A stretch of 64,000 bases of DNA from an uncultured Solirubrobacterales bacterium (GTDB lineage: Bacteria > Actinomycetota > Thermoleophilia > Solirubrobacterales > Solirubrobacteraceae). This document shows, in pieces, positions 32,754 through 43,787 of the stretch. How positions within the stretch are numbered: the stretch's first letter is position 1; each line of letters starts with the position of its first letter. The notes below the pieces were generated by a model, which did not search any database, was not told where the DNA came from, and worked only from the letters and a program-made list of their open reading frames with translations. The translations under genes and the position numbers were made by a program. The stretch is taken from the NCBI GenBank assembly GCA_963775645.1, contig CAVZJR010000001.1, forward strand, positions 169,956 to 233,955, given 5' to 3'.

Positions 32754-33159
32754 TTTCCTTGTTTCCCCTGCAAATCGGCTGGTTCTTGCCCGTGACGAGT
32801 GTCGGCAGAGTTGGCTCAGATTTGTGGGCGGTGGGCTAAACGGTGGGCTAAAGTCCTGCCCGAGCCGCGATAAAGTCGCCCCTTTCGAATCAGGACAGGG
32901 ATGCCGGGGCTCACGATGAGATCGGCAACGCCAGCTACAACCGCTACGGGAAGGCTAGAATTGGCCTCAGCACTGGGCTTTGATGGCTCGCGGCAGGGCG
33001 TGCCACGGACTGACCCGTAAGGTTTCGAATGGACGAGTTCTCGTCCTGACAACGGTGGGTCGCTGAATCGATATAGATATGCAATGGCCTATCAGCTAAG
33101 TATTGCGATATCCCCCCCGAATATGCTGCATTTCGATTTTTCGCTATACTTAGAGAACA

Positions 33160-34172
33160 ATGCTTGATAATTCTATAGCGCAAGCTGCTCTGATCGCGCT
33201 CCGCCCTGACGTCGACCCCCAGGTCGCAGATGCGTTTGCCCGCCTACCCGATGTGAATGTGGTCGGTAACGCACCGGAGTCCGCCGTGATAGTCGCCGGG
33301 CAAGCCTTTCCCGTAGAGGTCGAGATCGTCGAGAACCGCGCGTTGGCCGGGCTGCTTGAGGGTGACGGGGCTGATGGTAGGCGCCTGGTGATGATCAAGG
33401 CCGTACTGGACGACGTAACGGCCGCTCGCCTCCAGGACGCCGACATCGGCTTTGTGGATGGCGCCGGTCGGGCTTGGCTTCCCGGCCAGACGCTGACCAA
33501 GCGCACACGCGACCGACTGCCAGCCCGCCGGCGTGCCCTACGCGCAGGCAGCCTGCGGCCCGCACAGCTGATCTCCGACCACCCCGAGGAAGCCTGGACG
33601 ATCCGGCAGCTCGCCGAACGAAGCTCTAGCAGCGAGGTGACCGCCCATCGCCTGCTCAAAACCCTGGAGGAGGCGCATCTGATCGAGCGACATGGGCATG
33701 GGCGCGGGATGCAGCGGCATGTGATCGATGTCGAGGGCGTGAGGCGCTGGCTCGCCGAGCATGGCCGTCCCTCCTCCCCGCAGCGATTGACGTGCTTCGT
33801 GCGAGATCCCGACGCGATCCCAGAAGCTGTCGCCGGTAATCAGATAATTCTCACCGGCGCCTTGGCGGCCGAGCGGATGGGGCTGCCGGTACTGACCGGG
33901 GTGCAGCGCCCGCTGTACCGAGTACAGGCTTCCGGTGAGGATCTCGAGCAGATCCCTCGAGCGCTCGGTGGATTTCGCACGGATACGGGGAGCCAACCTC
34001 ACGCTGATCGCCGATCCGGACCACCTGGCCGGCAGCGACGCCCGCACCGATGCAGATGGACGAATGTCTGGCTCCGCCCAGCCGAGTCATGCTGGACCTG
34101 TACCTCGAGCCCAGGGGAGAGGCCGCGGTCGGAGTCTTCCTCGATCTGTGGGGATCGAAGGACATCGCGTGA
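33160..34172 (+). CDS. Type IV TA antitoxin-like wHTH protein (AbiEi-type), indels near 33990 and 34065
   Basis: GFVDGAG, wHTH WTIRQLAER..AHRLLKTLEE, C-terminal VMLDLYLEPRGEAA; GTGA overlap with next gene. Confidence 0.65.
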
Positions 34173-35053
34173 CCAGCGAGATCAAGCACCCACCGAACGC
34201 GTTGATAGGCGAGGTGGCAAGCCTCTTCCATCTCCTCGGAGGCATGGCTGCCAAGCATCTTGTCATCGTCGGCGGCCTAGTTCCTCCGCTGCTTGTCCCG
34301 GAAGCTGCCGATGCGCACATCGGCAGCGCGGACATCGATTTGTGTTTGTCGCTCGCCATCACCGGCGGCGCAACGCGCGAGTACTACCGCTCGATAGAGG
34401 AGATCATCGAGCGGTACTTTGAGCCAGAGCGCGCAAGCGGATTTCGCTGGCGCAAGAAGCACGGTGCACCCGGCCTGCCCCTCGTCCTCGACTTCCTCTC
34501 GCCCGCCGCGGAGGACGACACGATCCTCGCCAGCGGAACACGCGGGCTTGATCAAGAGACAGCAGCCCAAAACGCCGGTCCACACCTTCGCCCGTTGCCA
34601 ATCCGCGCCGGTGGACTGATCGACGAAGACGCCATATCGAGCACCCTCGAAGGTGTACCACTCGTGTATCGACCCGGAGCGCGAGCCGATGTTCAAATCC
34701 GTCACGCTGGCCCGGTCGGATTCCTCGCTGCCAAGGCCGACGCTCTCGCAGGCCGCGACGATTCCAAGGACGGCTACGACGTATCCTGATGGTGCCTCAA
34801 CGCTAGGCCGTCCGGCACGGAGGTAGCCACCCTGGTCACCGAACGACCCGCCTTCAAGCAGGAGCTCTTTCAGGAGAGCATGGCGCAACTACACGCCGCT
34901 TTCCGCGCTCCTGACTACCCCGGACCAGACGGCTACGCCCGGGAGAAGCACCCAGATCTTCAGCCGGGCGACGAGGAGTACGAGCAGGATCGTAACGCCG
35001 CATACGTGGTTGTTGGGGAGGTCATTGGGATTCTTAAGGAACAACTCTGGTAG
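34169..35053 (+). pseudogene. AbiEii-like nucleotidyltransferase with in-frame TGA at 34787
   Basis: VIVGGLVP, SADIDL, LAAKADA, KDGYD; reading frame resumes after the TGA and runs to TAG 35053. Confidence 0.7.
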
Positions 35054-35345
35054 CACGCCGCTTACCTCAGCCACGCACCGGACAGAGCCAACTGTCGAAC
35101 CCGGTGTCCCCCTCGCCCGTGCTTACCTCTCGGTAGCGAATGCGGAAGTGCGCCTCGCCCTGTGCCAGATGCCCGGATCTCGTCCAAAGCGATAATGCCC
35201 CAGCGTGTCGTTGAGACGACTGCTTTGCCACCGAAGTGGGCAGCAGCCCGACCACGCGACACCGCACCCGTGATGTCCACGATCCTCTCCCTCGTCGGCT
35301 GGGAAGCGGTGCGGCGCGAGGCTCAGAAACGCCTATTGGCGCGGA

Positions 35346-36248
35346 CTACGGCAGCAACTTGCAGAGGTAGGAGACGGCTACCGCGGCGGCAGCGATTACG
35401 GCCTCCGCTATCTCCTGCGGCACGTCGTGGGGTGCTTCACCCGCGCCGTGCCCGCCGCGCTTGTTGCGTGGCGATGCGGCGGCAAGGACGCAGTACTCCA
35501 TGAACCGCGGAACGATTTCGGCGTTCACGAGGTGGTCAAAGAGCTTGAAGGCGGCGTCCTTCTCGTCGTACGGCACACCGCGCTGCGTGAGCAGCACCTT
35601 CATCGCGCCCTCAACGGCGCAGGCCGACTCGTGGACTGACTGGCGCAGCGACGTTGGCGTGCCGAGCGCCAGCTCGGAGCGGGCCGCGTCAAAGTGGCTC
35701 CTGGCGCCGAGGAGCCGCAGGTCTTCTACCGCGCTCAGCGCTGGGCGCATCGCGGACATCTCCACCTCCGCGTCGCCGATCCAGCGGAACCCCTCGCTCG
35801 CCGTAAACTCCCACGGGATGCCACGCCTGCGGCAGATGCTCGTGATGCGCTCAACAGGGCTAGTGGCGAGTCGTTGCTGGCGAACCGCCTCAAAGACGGC
35901 GCCGCGGAAGTCCGGCTCGGGCATGTGGAGCAACACCGCGTTTGCCGCTCGCTCTTCCGCGCGCTGTGTGTCACCGACGGCGACGATCGTTGACTGTTCG
36001 TTGATGGCGCGCGTGAGGGCGCTGTTCATGCGATCAGCCGGTGCGTCGCCCCAAACTTCGCGGATGCCCCGCGAGTAGTCGTCCACGTTCGCGTAGCGAT
36101 CCGTCAGGAACCCGTTCAGCACAGCGCGTTCCGGGGCGCCTTCCAACGTGTGCAGGATGAGCTGCCGGGCGTCCCTGTCCATACCGGTCGCCGGCCGCTG
36201 GGTTGCCGTGTCAAGCATTGGGTTCGCCGCGTTCATCGTGGTCATCAC
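35346..36248 (-). CDS. Abortive-infection-like protein with C-terminal HEPN/Abi_C-type domain
   Basis: SACAVEGAMKVLL and RNKRGGHG (RxxxxxH-like) motifs. Confidence 0.65.
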   Translation of the reverse strand: MMTTMNAANPMLDTATQRPATGMDRDARQLILHTLEGAPERAVLNGFLTDRYANVDDYSRGIREVWGDAPADRMNSALTRAINEQSTIVAVGDTQRAEERAANAVLLHMPEPDFRGAVFEAVRQQRLATSPVERITSICRRRGIPWEFTASEGFRWIGDAEVEMSAMRPALSAVEDLRLLGARSHFDAARSELALGTPTSLRQSVHESACAVEGAMKVLLTQRGVPYDEKDAAFKLFDHLVNAEIVPRFMEYCVLAAASPRNKRGGHGAGEAPHDVPQEIAEAVIAAAAVAVSYLCKLLP

Positions 36249-36349
36249 AGTAGCGGCCTGCTCACGCGGTTAGTGAAGGCGCAAACCGCCTGGGGTCAGT
36301 GGCCGGCCGCGGAAGCGGTTATCAACACTGGCAACGATAAGGTACTTCG

Positions 36350-36848
36350 TGTGCCGATTTCCGAACTAGTCCAAGCACTGACTGAGAACAACCTCTCCGC
36401 GGAGGAGGTATATGGCTTTGAGCACGCTGGCGTATTGGGGCTGATACCGGATCGCGTCTACAAGGTTGATGGGCAGCTCGTCGCGTCCTTCCGTCCTGAC
36501 GCGCAGGCGATCCGTGTCGCTGCTCAAGCGGCCGGCATAACGGTGGAGATGGTGGCGCCCGACGGTGCCGAGTTTGCCATGCGCTCGCAATACGCGGTTG
36601 ATTGGGTACTGCCAGTACTGGCGGGGGCCACAGCCGGCGTTCCGTGTCAGATTCTGGCGACACTGATAGCTGCCCGAATCGAAGGCTGCATGCGACGGTC
36701 GGAGAAGCCGCCCGAGGTTGCGTTCCGCGAGGTGATCGTTGAGGACGGCAAGGTGCAGGAACGGGAGTTGCGGGGTCCAGCACGAGAGGTCGAGCAGTTG
36801 CTACGCAAGCGTGCGGAGTTCGGGGACGACTCGCGGAGCGAGCCATGA
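36350..36848 (+). CDS. Hypothetical protein with one hydrophobic segment
   Basis: Part of ORF 36150..36848; ATGA-coupled to next gene; start uncertain. Confidence 0.5.
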
Positions 36849-37609
36849 GCAGGCTCATGATCACGTCCGAGTTCCAAATGAACGGGACAACCGCTCTGAT
36901 CAGCGGTGCGGCGCTCTACGAGGGCGAGCAACGGCCCGATCCAGCGGCACTGCGTCGGCGCGGGCAACGTCGCGCAACCCACGGCCTCGTCGTGCTGGAG
37001 CAAGCCCCGAGTCGCGCAGAGGTGCTGCTCCGTCAAGCGATTGAGGACATGGTCGATGCCTTCCTCCTCGACCGTGTCCAGAATGCCGACCTTTTCGCCC
37101 GCGCCCACCAAATCGGTGCCCTCATAGAGCAAACCTTCTCCTGCGCGTGTGTAATTGACCGCGACCACGGCACCCTTGTGAACGACTGCGGAATCTTGGC
37201 CCTTCATAGCCGGCTTGGCTTGAGCCCGGGCGGCACCACTTGGGGGCATTGCTCGCTCTGCGGCGAAAAGGACTTCATGTGCGATCACATACCCGGCTCC
37301 GTCTACGAGGGCGAGAAATGCGTGAGAAATATCGATCGCTGGGACGCAGAGGAGGTGTCGATGACTCAGAGACCGCGCGAGCCTCGGTGCTTTCGCACTT
37401 GGGCGCACACCAAGGACTCCTATGCGAGACGCGTGGGGGGCAACACGCCCGGACGCTGTTGGCACTGTCGCACATGTCGAGGGCGAGGGGGACCAACTAC
37501 CGATAATCTCGATCCGGCTCAGTGGTCGGATGACGGTTGGAAGATGCTTGAGGCGGCGATTGCAGTCGCCCAACACGCAGTGACGCGCCCATCAATCATC
37601 AATGACTAA
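36845..37609 (+). CDS. Cys/His-rich putative Zn-binding protein
   Basis: CSLCG..CDHIPG..Y.G..C and CWHCRTC. Confidence 0.6.
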   Translation: MSRLMITSEFQMNGTTALISGAALYEGEQRPDPAALRRRGQRRATHGLVVLEQAPSRAEVLLRQAIEDMVDAFLLDRVQNADLFARAHQIGALIEQTFSCACVIDRDHGTLVNDCGILALHSRLGLSPGGTTWGHCSLCGEKDFMCDHIPGSVYEGEKCVRNIDRWDAEEVSMTQRPREPRCFRTWAHTKDSYARRVGGNTPGRCWHCRTCRGRGGPTTDNLDPAQWSDDGWKMLEAAIAVAQHAVTRPSIIND

Positions 37610-38262
37610 CCGCGAATGGGGCGTCATGCTACCGGCGTTGGTTCTGGCTCGGTGACGGACCTCACAGGGACCCTGTCACTCCTGCGTTGTTCCATCACCT
37701 ATTCCGCACCTTCACCGGGTGAATATGACCCTGACCGAAATGCCCGGAGTCGCGTCCTCGGGTCAAGTGACGAGCAGCTTGTACTTCCGGCTGACGCTCT
37801 CGGATAGGGTCACCTAGAGCTACACCGACCTAGCGACCCGCCACGCTAAGAAGGGCCCGATTAGCGAATCGGCCTTCAGCTGAATACCCGTCGCCAAACA
37901 GCCAGTGTCGGCTCTACCTACCGGGAGGCACAGTCAGTAGAACTTGTGCTTTCCCGGCTGAGCGAGCGTCTGAGCATCGCCTGCGCTCACGATCGCAAAG
38001 GACGAGGAGCAGAATTCCGTCGCGCTGAGTCGCACACTCCCGCTTGGACGACGACCAGGTGGAAGGTGCGGCGAATGCTTCCATTTCGTCTGGCGCAACC
38101 GGTGCGTCGCTCCTCAGTCGCCGGGCCCGAAGGTCGTACGGGGCACGTGCCTTCCCAGAAGTCAATCGAGATAGCCGCGCAGATCTGCCCGTGCCGGCGT
38201 CTAGCCTTGAGGAGCATGGTGATCGATGGCAAACACGCAGCGCGGCTAGCGGGCAGGCGGCC

Positions 38263-39966
38263 GTGTCGTTGAACCGCGAGACGGAGCTGCGAATCGCCGC
38301 ACTTGAGTGGCAGGAGTTCGAGCAGCTCGTGTTCGACCTCGCGTTCGCGGAGCATCCGGGGGCCGTCAAGACAACCCCGCCGGATCTCGGAGCGGACACA
38401 CTCGTGTTTGACGACGGCGAGTACGGCCGGCACGTCTTCCAGGCGAAGAACTACAGGGAGCGCATCCGCTGGGATGCCTGCGTCGAGTCGCTCGACACCT
38501 CGCTCGCTTATGACCCCGCCCGCGTCACGTTCGTGTTCCCTAGGGATCTCACCGGCAAAGAGATGAAGTCGTTCGACGAGAAGCTCCGTCAGCGGTACGA
38601 GGGCGTGGCGGTCGATCTCTGGTCGCTGAGTACACTGCGTGCGCTCTTGGACAAGCACCGGCACGTCCTGATCGGAGGTCTGCCGGCGAATCTGAGCAGG
38701 GTGCTCGACTCCCTGCAGCCTGAGGCGCCGAGCGCGAACGCTATTGACCGGCTCCTCGATCAGGTCGGCGATCTCAACGATCCCGACTTCCAGTACGCGG
38801 TCACTTCTGGTCACGGGCGAGAGGCCCCGCCGATCATGCCGCAGCGCGACTCGTTCATCTCAATCCGCGCTGTGCGTGAGCAAACGCAGATGAATGTCCT
38901 AATCGAGCCGCGCGAAGGAGTGGATGAGCCGATCGTTGGCTGGCACTTTCGCGATGATGAGTCCGGTCACCGCGCCCGGATGGACGCACTGCGAGCTGCC
39001 GGTCGCGGCGAGGAGGAGATCCTCATCCAGGACGGCATCGCACCTGTGTGGAACAAGACGCCGGTGGTGCTGAAGGGCGCCGGGGCGCTCGATGAGGTTA
39101 CGTCCCAGATCCGCTTCACTTTTAGGCCCGGACCGGGCTTCGACGCGAAGCTGACTATGAGCCGCGACCGCGAGCAGGTCGAGTACCCGTTCACGATGTA
39201 CCCGTTTCCGCCCTCGCCGGGGTTTGCGTACGCGTACGTCGGCTACAAGGACGGCGCGATGCCTGTGCTTGAGATCAGGAGCATCGGCCCTGACCGGGGA
39301 GAGATGCACCTGCGTCCGCTGTTTGACCTCACCAGCGACGCCCGGCAGAACGTAGCCGCCCTCACGTTCCGGTCCGCATTCCTGAACGCAGACGAGGTGA
39401 CTCTCACCGCCGAGCTGTTCGAGTCCAACGGCATGCGTATCGGTAGGCCGGCGGACCGGACGCGGCCCGGTGTGCGCGAGGAGGTCGAGCACGCGCTCGC
39501 GATCTACGAGGAGGTCACGTTCCTTGAGGAGCGTCTCGGCGTGTCGCTACCTGTGCACGACCCGCCGATCACGGCGGCGGAGATCCAACTCCTCGCGCAC
39601 GCGACGGCGACCGTGCGCAACCGCACCGGGTACGGCAGCCTCGGCATGGCCGAGTGGGAGGTCGAGCCGGAGCAGGCGGAAGCGCTCCGCGCCACGCTGC
39701 TCTCCAATCCGACGATCTCGTTCGACGTGAACGCGCTCGTCCTCGGACACAAGATCACGCTCGGCACCGCAGCGGCGACCTTCCCCGACATGCGAGTGGT
39801 CGTGCGGCCGCCGCTACTCATCGTCCCCAACCCGATGGTCAAGGTCGCCGCCTACCCGAGTGGCGATGGGCGAGTGGCATTCCGCTTGCTGGACGACGAC
39901 GAGGAGCCGCCGACGACCGCGATTCGCATGCCGCCCCTACAGGCTCAGTCGCCGAGCGTCGGGTGA
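38263..39966 (+). CDS. Mrr-like PD-(D/E)xK nuclease fused to an unknown C-terminal region
   Basis: EWQEFEQLV, DLGAD, FQAKNY. Confidence 0.65.
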   Translation: MSLNRETELRIAALEWQEFEQLVFDLAFAEHPGAVKTTPPDLGADTLVFDDGEYGRHVFQAKNYRERIRWDACVESLDTSLAYDPARVTFVFPRDLTGKEMKSFDEKLRQRYEGVAVDLWSLSTLRALLDKHRHVLIGGLPANLSRVLDSLQPEAPSANAIDRLLDQVGDLNDPDFQYAVTSGHGREAPPIMPQRDSFISIRAVREQTQMNVLIEPREGVDEPIVGWHFRDDESGHRARMDALRAAGRGEEEILIQDGIAPVWNKTPVVLKGAGALDEVTSQIRFTFRPGPGFDAKLTMSRDREQVEYPFTMYPFPPSPGFAYAYVGYKDGAMPVLEIRSIGPDRGEMHLRPLFDLTSDARQNVAALTFRSAFLNADEVTLTAELFESNGMRIGRPADRTRPGVREEVEHALAIYEEVTFLEERLGVSLPVHDPPITAAEIQLLAHATATVRNRTGYGSLGMAEWEVEPEQAEALRATLLSNPTISFDVNALVLGHKITLGTAAATFPDMRVVVRPPLLIVPNPMVKVAAYPSGDGRVAFRLLDDDEEPPTTAIRMPPLQAQSPSVG

Positions 39967-40255
39967 GGGCGCCACCCCACTGGTCCACTACTGCTCCCAT
40001 TCGGCGAGCAGGCGCAACCAGCCTCGCGATCGAGACGCCCGAGCTGGACGAACTCGGAGCGTATCGTCCGGCGCTCTCAGGACGCCTGCTTTCGCATCGG
40101 GGAGCAGAAGCACGGGTTCGACGCCAGTTCGCAGCTGGAGTTCGCCGGGACCAGGTGCCGACAGTCCGGACGGACGCGACGACCGGAATGTGGTCGGGTA
40201 CGATTCGCGGGTGCGCTCGTCACGGTGGTGCCGCAGAAAGGGTCCGTTCACGATT

Positions 40256-42679
40256 ATGCGCTGCTCGCGCAGCGTGTGTGGTGGTGCGGAGACATCTGCC
40301 TGGTTCTCGCGGGCCATGCGTGCCTCTCGCTCGGTCTGCCTTGCTGGCGCGGCCGCGGTTTTGCTGGCATTGGTGGGTTCGTCGACAGCGCTTGCCGCAC
40401 CGACGTGGTCGGCTGCTGACCCGGTCGACCCGGCGATCTACGCGCCTTCGGTGTCGTGTGCGTCTGAATCCTTTTGCGCGGCGGTGGGCTGGACATCTGG
40501 GTATGGTTCGGTCGCGGTCTACAGCGATGGAAGCTGGAGCGAAGCGACCCTGATCGACCCCGATGGCCAGATGTTCTCGGTGTCCTGCCCGTCGTCCTCG
40601 TTCTGCATGGCCATCGACGGCTCGGGGCACGCGTTTGTCTACGACGGCAGCAGTTGGGGTTCGGCGGTGGCATCGCCTTCCACCGATCTGACGTCGGTGT
40701 CGTGCGTATCGGCTTCATTCTGTGTCGCGGTCGGTGGGGGAGAAGACGCGTCTATCTACAACGGAAGTACTTGGAGCGCGCTAACCCGTCTCGGCACCGA
40801 CATCCGCTCGGTGTCGTGCACCTCTGAATCGTTCTGCATGGCTGTGGGGGACCCGAACGGTGGACCGGCGTTCGCGGTCACCTACAACGGCTCGACTTGG
40901 AGCGCGCCGAGTGAGATCGACAGCGAATATGAGAACGCGTTGCACGGGGTGTCCTGTGGTTCTCCGTCTTTCTGTGTCGCGGTGGGGAACTTCGGCGATG
41001 AGGTCACCTACAACGGCAGCGGCTGGAGCGCGCCCACAACGATTGGCATTCTCGGTTACATCCAGTCCGTGTCGTGCCACTCAGAATCCTTCTGCATTGC
41101 TGAGACATCTGAAGGCGAAGCTGCGGCATACAGCGGGACCACCTGGAGTGTGGTGGGTCATATAAGCGAAAGGGCAGCGTCAGGCGGTTTGTCGTGTGCG
41201 ACCCAATCCTTCTGTATGGCGATTGGGGGTTACGCCTCGACGTATAACGGGAGCAGCTGGAGTGGCCCTGTGCCGGTGGGTGGTGGCGGCTTGAGTTCGG
41301 TGTCGTGTTCGAGCTCATCGTTCTGCGAGGCGGTGGACGGTCACGGCCGGGCACTGCACTACAACGGGTCGACATGGACCGCTCCGACTCAGATCGACGC
41401 AGAAGGCGGCCTTGAGTCGGTGTCGTGCCCGACCGAAGCGTTCTGCATGGCGACCGGTGGTCGCCAGCACGGTTACGCGCTGAGCTATGACGGCTCAGGA
41501 TGGAGCGCACCGAGCACGATAGACCCCGAAGGCGACGTAAACGCCGTCTCCTGCCCCACCGCATCCTTCTGCGTGGCACTCACAGAACACTTCGTGGAAA
41601 AACACGAAGTAGGGTACGCCCTCACTTACAAAGGCGGTGTCTGGAGCGTGCCGAGTGAGATCGACACCGAACTCGCCCTACGGTCGATTTCGTGCGCATC
41701 TGAAAGCTTTTGCGTCGCCGTAGGCCGTCACGACGCCCTGATCTACAACAATGGTTCGTGGGGCTCGCCGCAGCAGATCTACACAGAAGGCAATCTGTGG
41801 TCGGTGTCATGCGTCTCATCGTCGTTTTGTGTCGCGGTCACCGAACACTTCGAAGGGATCGGGCCACCGGCCTACGGAGAGGCGCTTGTCTATGACGGCT
41901 CGGGGTGGAGTGCGCCCACCGAAATCCCCCGGCTACCGGACCATGGATGGATCGACGCCGGCTCGGTGTCCTGCGCGTCAACCTCTTTCTGTATGGCTAT
42001 CCCGAGATTCGACGGTGCCGCCGCGATCTTCGAAAACGGCGTCTGGGGCGCGTGGGACGAACTGGAGATCAACGGCGGCTTCTCGTCGGTGTCATGTCCT
42101 GTCGTCTCGTTCTGTGTGGTCGTAAGCGGCGCAGGGCAAGCCTTTACATATGGGACTCCTCCCACGGCGCCACCGACGACTGGCGGCGTAGGCGGTACGA
42201 CGGGCAGGCCTTCGATGAACCCACCGATCGCAAAGGGCAAGCCCCTCGTCAATGCCAAGACGGGTGAAATAACGCTCGAATACGATTTCCCTGAGCCCGG
42301 CGAAGCCGAAGCGTACGGGGAAGCGAACGACAGGGCCGTCGTTGCGGCCAAGCACGAGCGGACCAATAAATGCAAGAAGCGACACGCCGCAAAGGACAGG
42401 AGCTGCGTCGAGAACACCCCCATGCACTACAGGCGGACGAGGCTTGCCATCGACGTCGCGGGTACCTACAAGCTTCACATAAAGCCCGGCGGCGAGGTAC
42501 TTGCGGCGCTCAGGAAAGGCAAGACGCTCACGGTTCGCGTGTTGCTGATCTTTACGCCCGCGGGCACAACCGACCATATCCAGGAGACAACCACGGTCAG
42601 GGTGCGTCTCGGAAGGCGCACCAAAGCCGCAGCAGATCACCGTCGCCAAGGAAGCCGGGGCGGCTCACATCCCGCATGA
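40256..42679 (+). CDS. Secreted Cys-repeat (probable beta-propeller) protein
   Basis: Signal peptide; many SVSCxSxSFCxAV..YxGxxWS repeats; Pro/Thr linker; basic C-domain. Confidence 0.8.
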   Translation: MRCSRSVCGGAETSAWFSRAMRASRSVCLAGAAAVLLALVGSSTALAAPTWSAADPVDPAIYAPSVSCASESFCAAVGWTSGYGSVAVYSDGSWSEATLIDPDGQMFSVSCPSSSFCMAIDGSGHAFVYDGSSWGSAVASPSTDLTSVSCVSASFCVAVGGGEDASIYNGSTWSALTRLGTDIRSVSCTSESFCMAVGDPNGGPAFAVTYNGSTWSAPSEIDSEYENALHGVSCGSPSFCVAVGNFGDEVTYNGSGWSAPTTIGILGYIQSVSCHSESFCIAETSEGEAAAYSGTTWSVVGHISERAASGGLSCATQSFCMAIGGYASTYNGSSWSGPVPVGGGGLSSVSCSSSSFCEAVDGHGRALHYNGSTWTAPTQIDAEGGLESVSCPTEAFCMATGGRQHGYALSYDGSGWSAPSTIDPEGDVNAVSCPTASFCVALTEHFVEKHEVGYALTYKGGVWSVPSEIDTELALRSISCASESFCVAVGRHDALIYNNGSWGSPQQIYTEGNLWSVSCVSSSFCVAVTEHFEGIGPPAYGEALVYDGSGWSAPTEIPRLPDHGWIDAGSVSCASTSFCMAIPRFDGAAAIFENGVWGAWDELEINGGFSSVSCPVVSFCVVVSGAGQAFTYGTPPTAPPTTGGVGGTTGRPSMNPPIAKGKPLVNAKTGEITLEYDFPEPGEAEAYGEANDRAVVAAKHERTNKCKKRHAAKDRSCVENTPMHYRRTRLAIDVAGTYKLHIKPGGEVLAALRKGKTLTVRVLLIFTPAGTTDHIQETTTVRVRLGRRTKAAADHRRQGSRGGSHPA

Positions 42680-42884
42680 TCAGACCGGTGCCGTAGCCAA
42701 AAAGAGGCGAGCCTGCGCAGCCCGGCGGAGACCGCCGCATCGCGCGGGTAAGGAGTTGTCTCGACCGACTCTCCGTGGACTGCTGGTCCGGACGATCTGC
42801 AAGCACGCCGACCGAGGATCGGCACACATCCGCTCGCGTCAGGCGAAGCGCATCGGCTCCCAGATCGCCTGGCGCTGCGGTCGG

Positions 42885-43787
42885 TCAGGCGGCGGTTGCG
42901 GGTCTGTTGGTTGACCATTCGCCTACTCCCGGATCCCACGTCCCGGAGGCCAGTTCGTTCTTGAGGATGGGGTCAAGGAGGGATGAGGCCGTCGCGTACC
43001 CTATGCCGACATCTTGATCAGCCGGGACGTTCGCGACGAGCCTGCGCCAACCGGGGCCCCAATCGCCGGGCGGAGATGGCACTGCGTGGGGCTCAGGATG
43101 GGTGCCTCGCCGCTGGAAGATCTCCCTGATCGCGCGTGTGAGCCGGTCGGCGTCGACCGTAGTGGTGTGGGCGATCACGACGAGATCGACGAGGTCCTTG
43201 ACTCGCGAGCTGGGCATGTCTGCGGTATAGGTTCGGGTGTAGGCGTGGAGCTTCTCGGCGACGTGCTGCTCGATCGCGACCGTGGGGATGTAGACGGGCG
43301 CTATGTCCGCGAAGTCCAGCAGGTGCGAGGAGGCGATGGCCTCTGCTTCGAAAACGGGCTCTATGGCGAACCCGATGTCGATGGCTACGCGCTCGAACTC
43401 GCGCCCGGCGAGCGTCGCGGCGACGGCCCAACGCTGGCCGCCTCCCGGCAGGTCGTCATCCGCCTGCGCCCGTTCGATGGCGAACTCGAAGCGATCGTCG
43501 AGCGTCACTGCCGCGGCATCCAAGAGCAATCTGACCGCCTCGTCCTCGCCGATTGCCCAGTCGACGTCGATGTCCTTGGTGGTGCGGGCCTGAGCACCGA
43601 GCCGCAGCTCGAGCGCGAACCCTCCCTTGAGCACCCAGGCACCCGGCGCCACAGCATGCAGGCGCGCGAGCAAGCGCTCGAACACCACGCGCTTGCGCAG
43701 TCGCGCCAAGCCAACGCCATCGCGCTGCGCCGCCTTGAGCCGAGCCTCGAGAGCTGTGCGAAACGCCACGGACGTGCGGTACTTCAC
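42885..43787 (-). CDS. AbiEii nucleotidyltransferase toxin (intact)
   Basis: WVLKGGFALE, TKDID, AEKLHA, SRVKDLVDL. Confidence 0.9.
   Translation of the reverse strand: MKYRTSVAFRTALEARLKAAQRDGVGLARLRKRVVFERLLARLHAVAPGAWVLKGGFALELRLGAQARTTKDIDVDWAIGEDEAVRLLLDAAAVTLDDRFEFAIERAQADDDLPGGGQRWAVAATLAGREFERVAIDIGFAIEPVFEAEAIASSHLLDFADIAPVYIPTVAIEQHVAEKLHAYTRTYTADMPSSRVKDLVDLVVIAHTTTVDADRLTRAIREIFQRRGTHPEPHAVPSPPGDWGPGWRRLVANVPADQDVGIGYATASSLLDPILKNELASGTWDPGVGEWSTNRPATAA

Noticed and set aside
34787-34789. Selenocysteine or programmed readthrough at the in-frame TGA
   Set aside because: Context (DVS*WCL) fits a TGG-to-TGA change or error; I cannot support a SECIS element.
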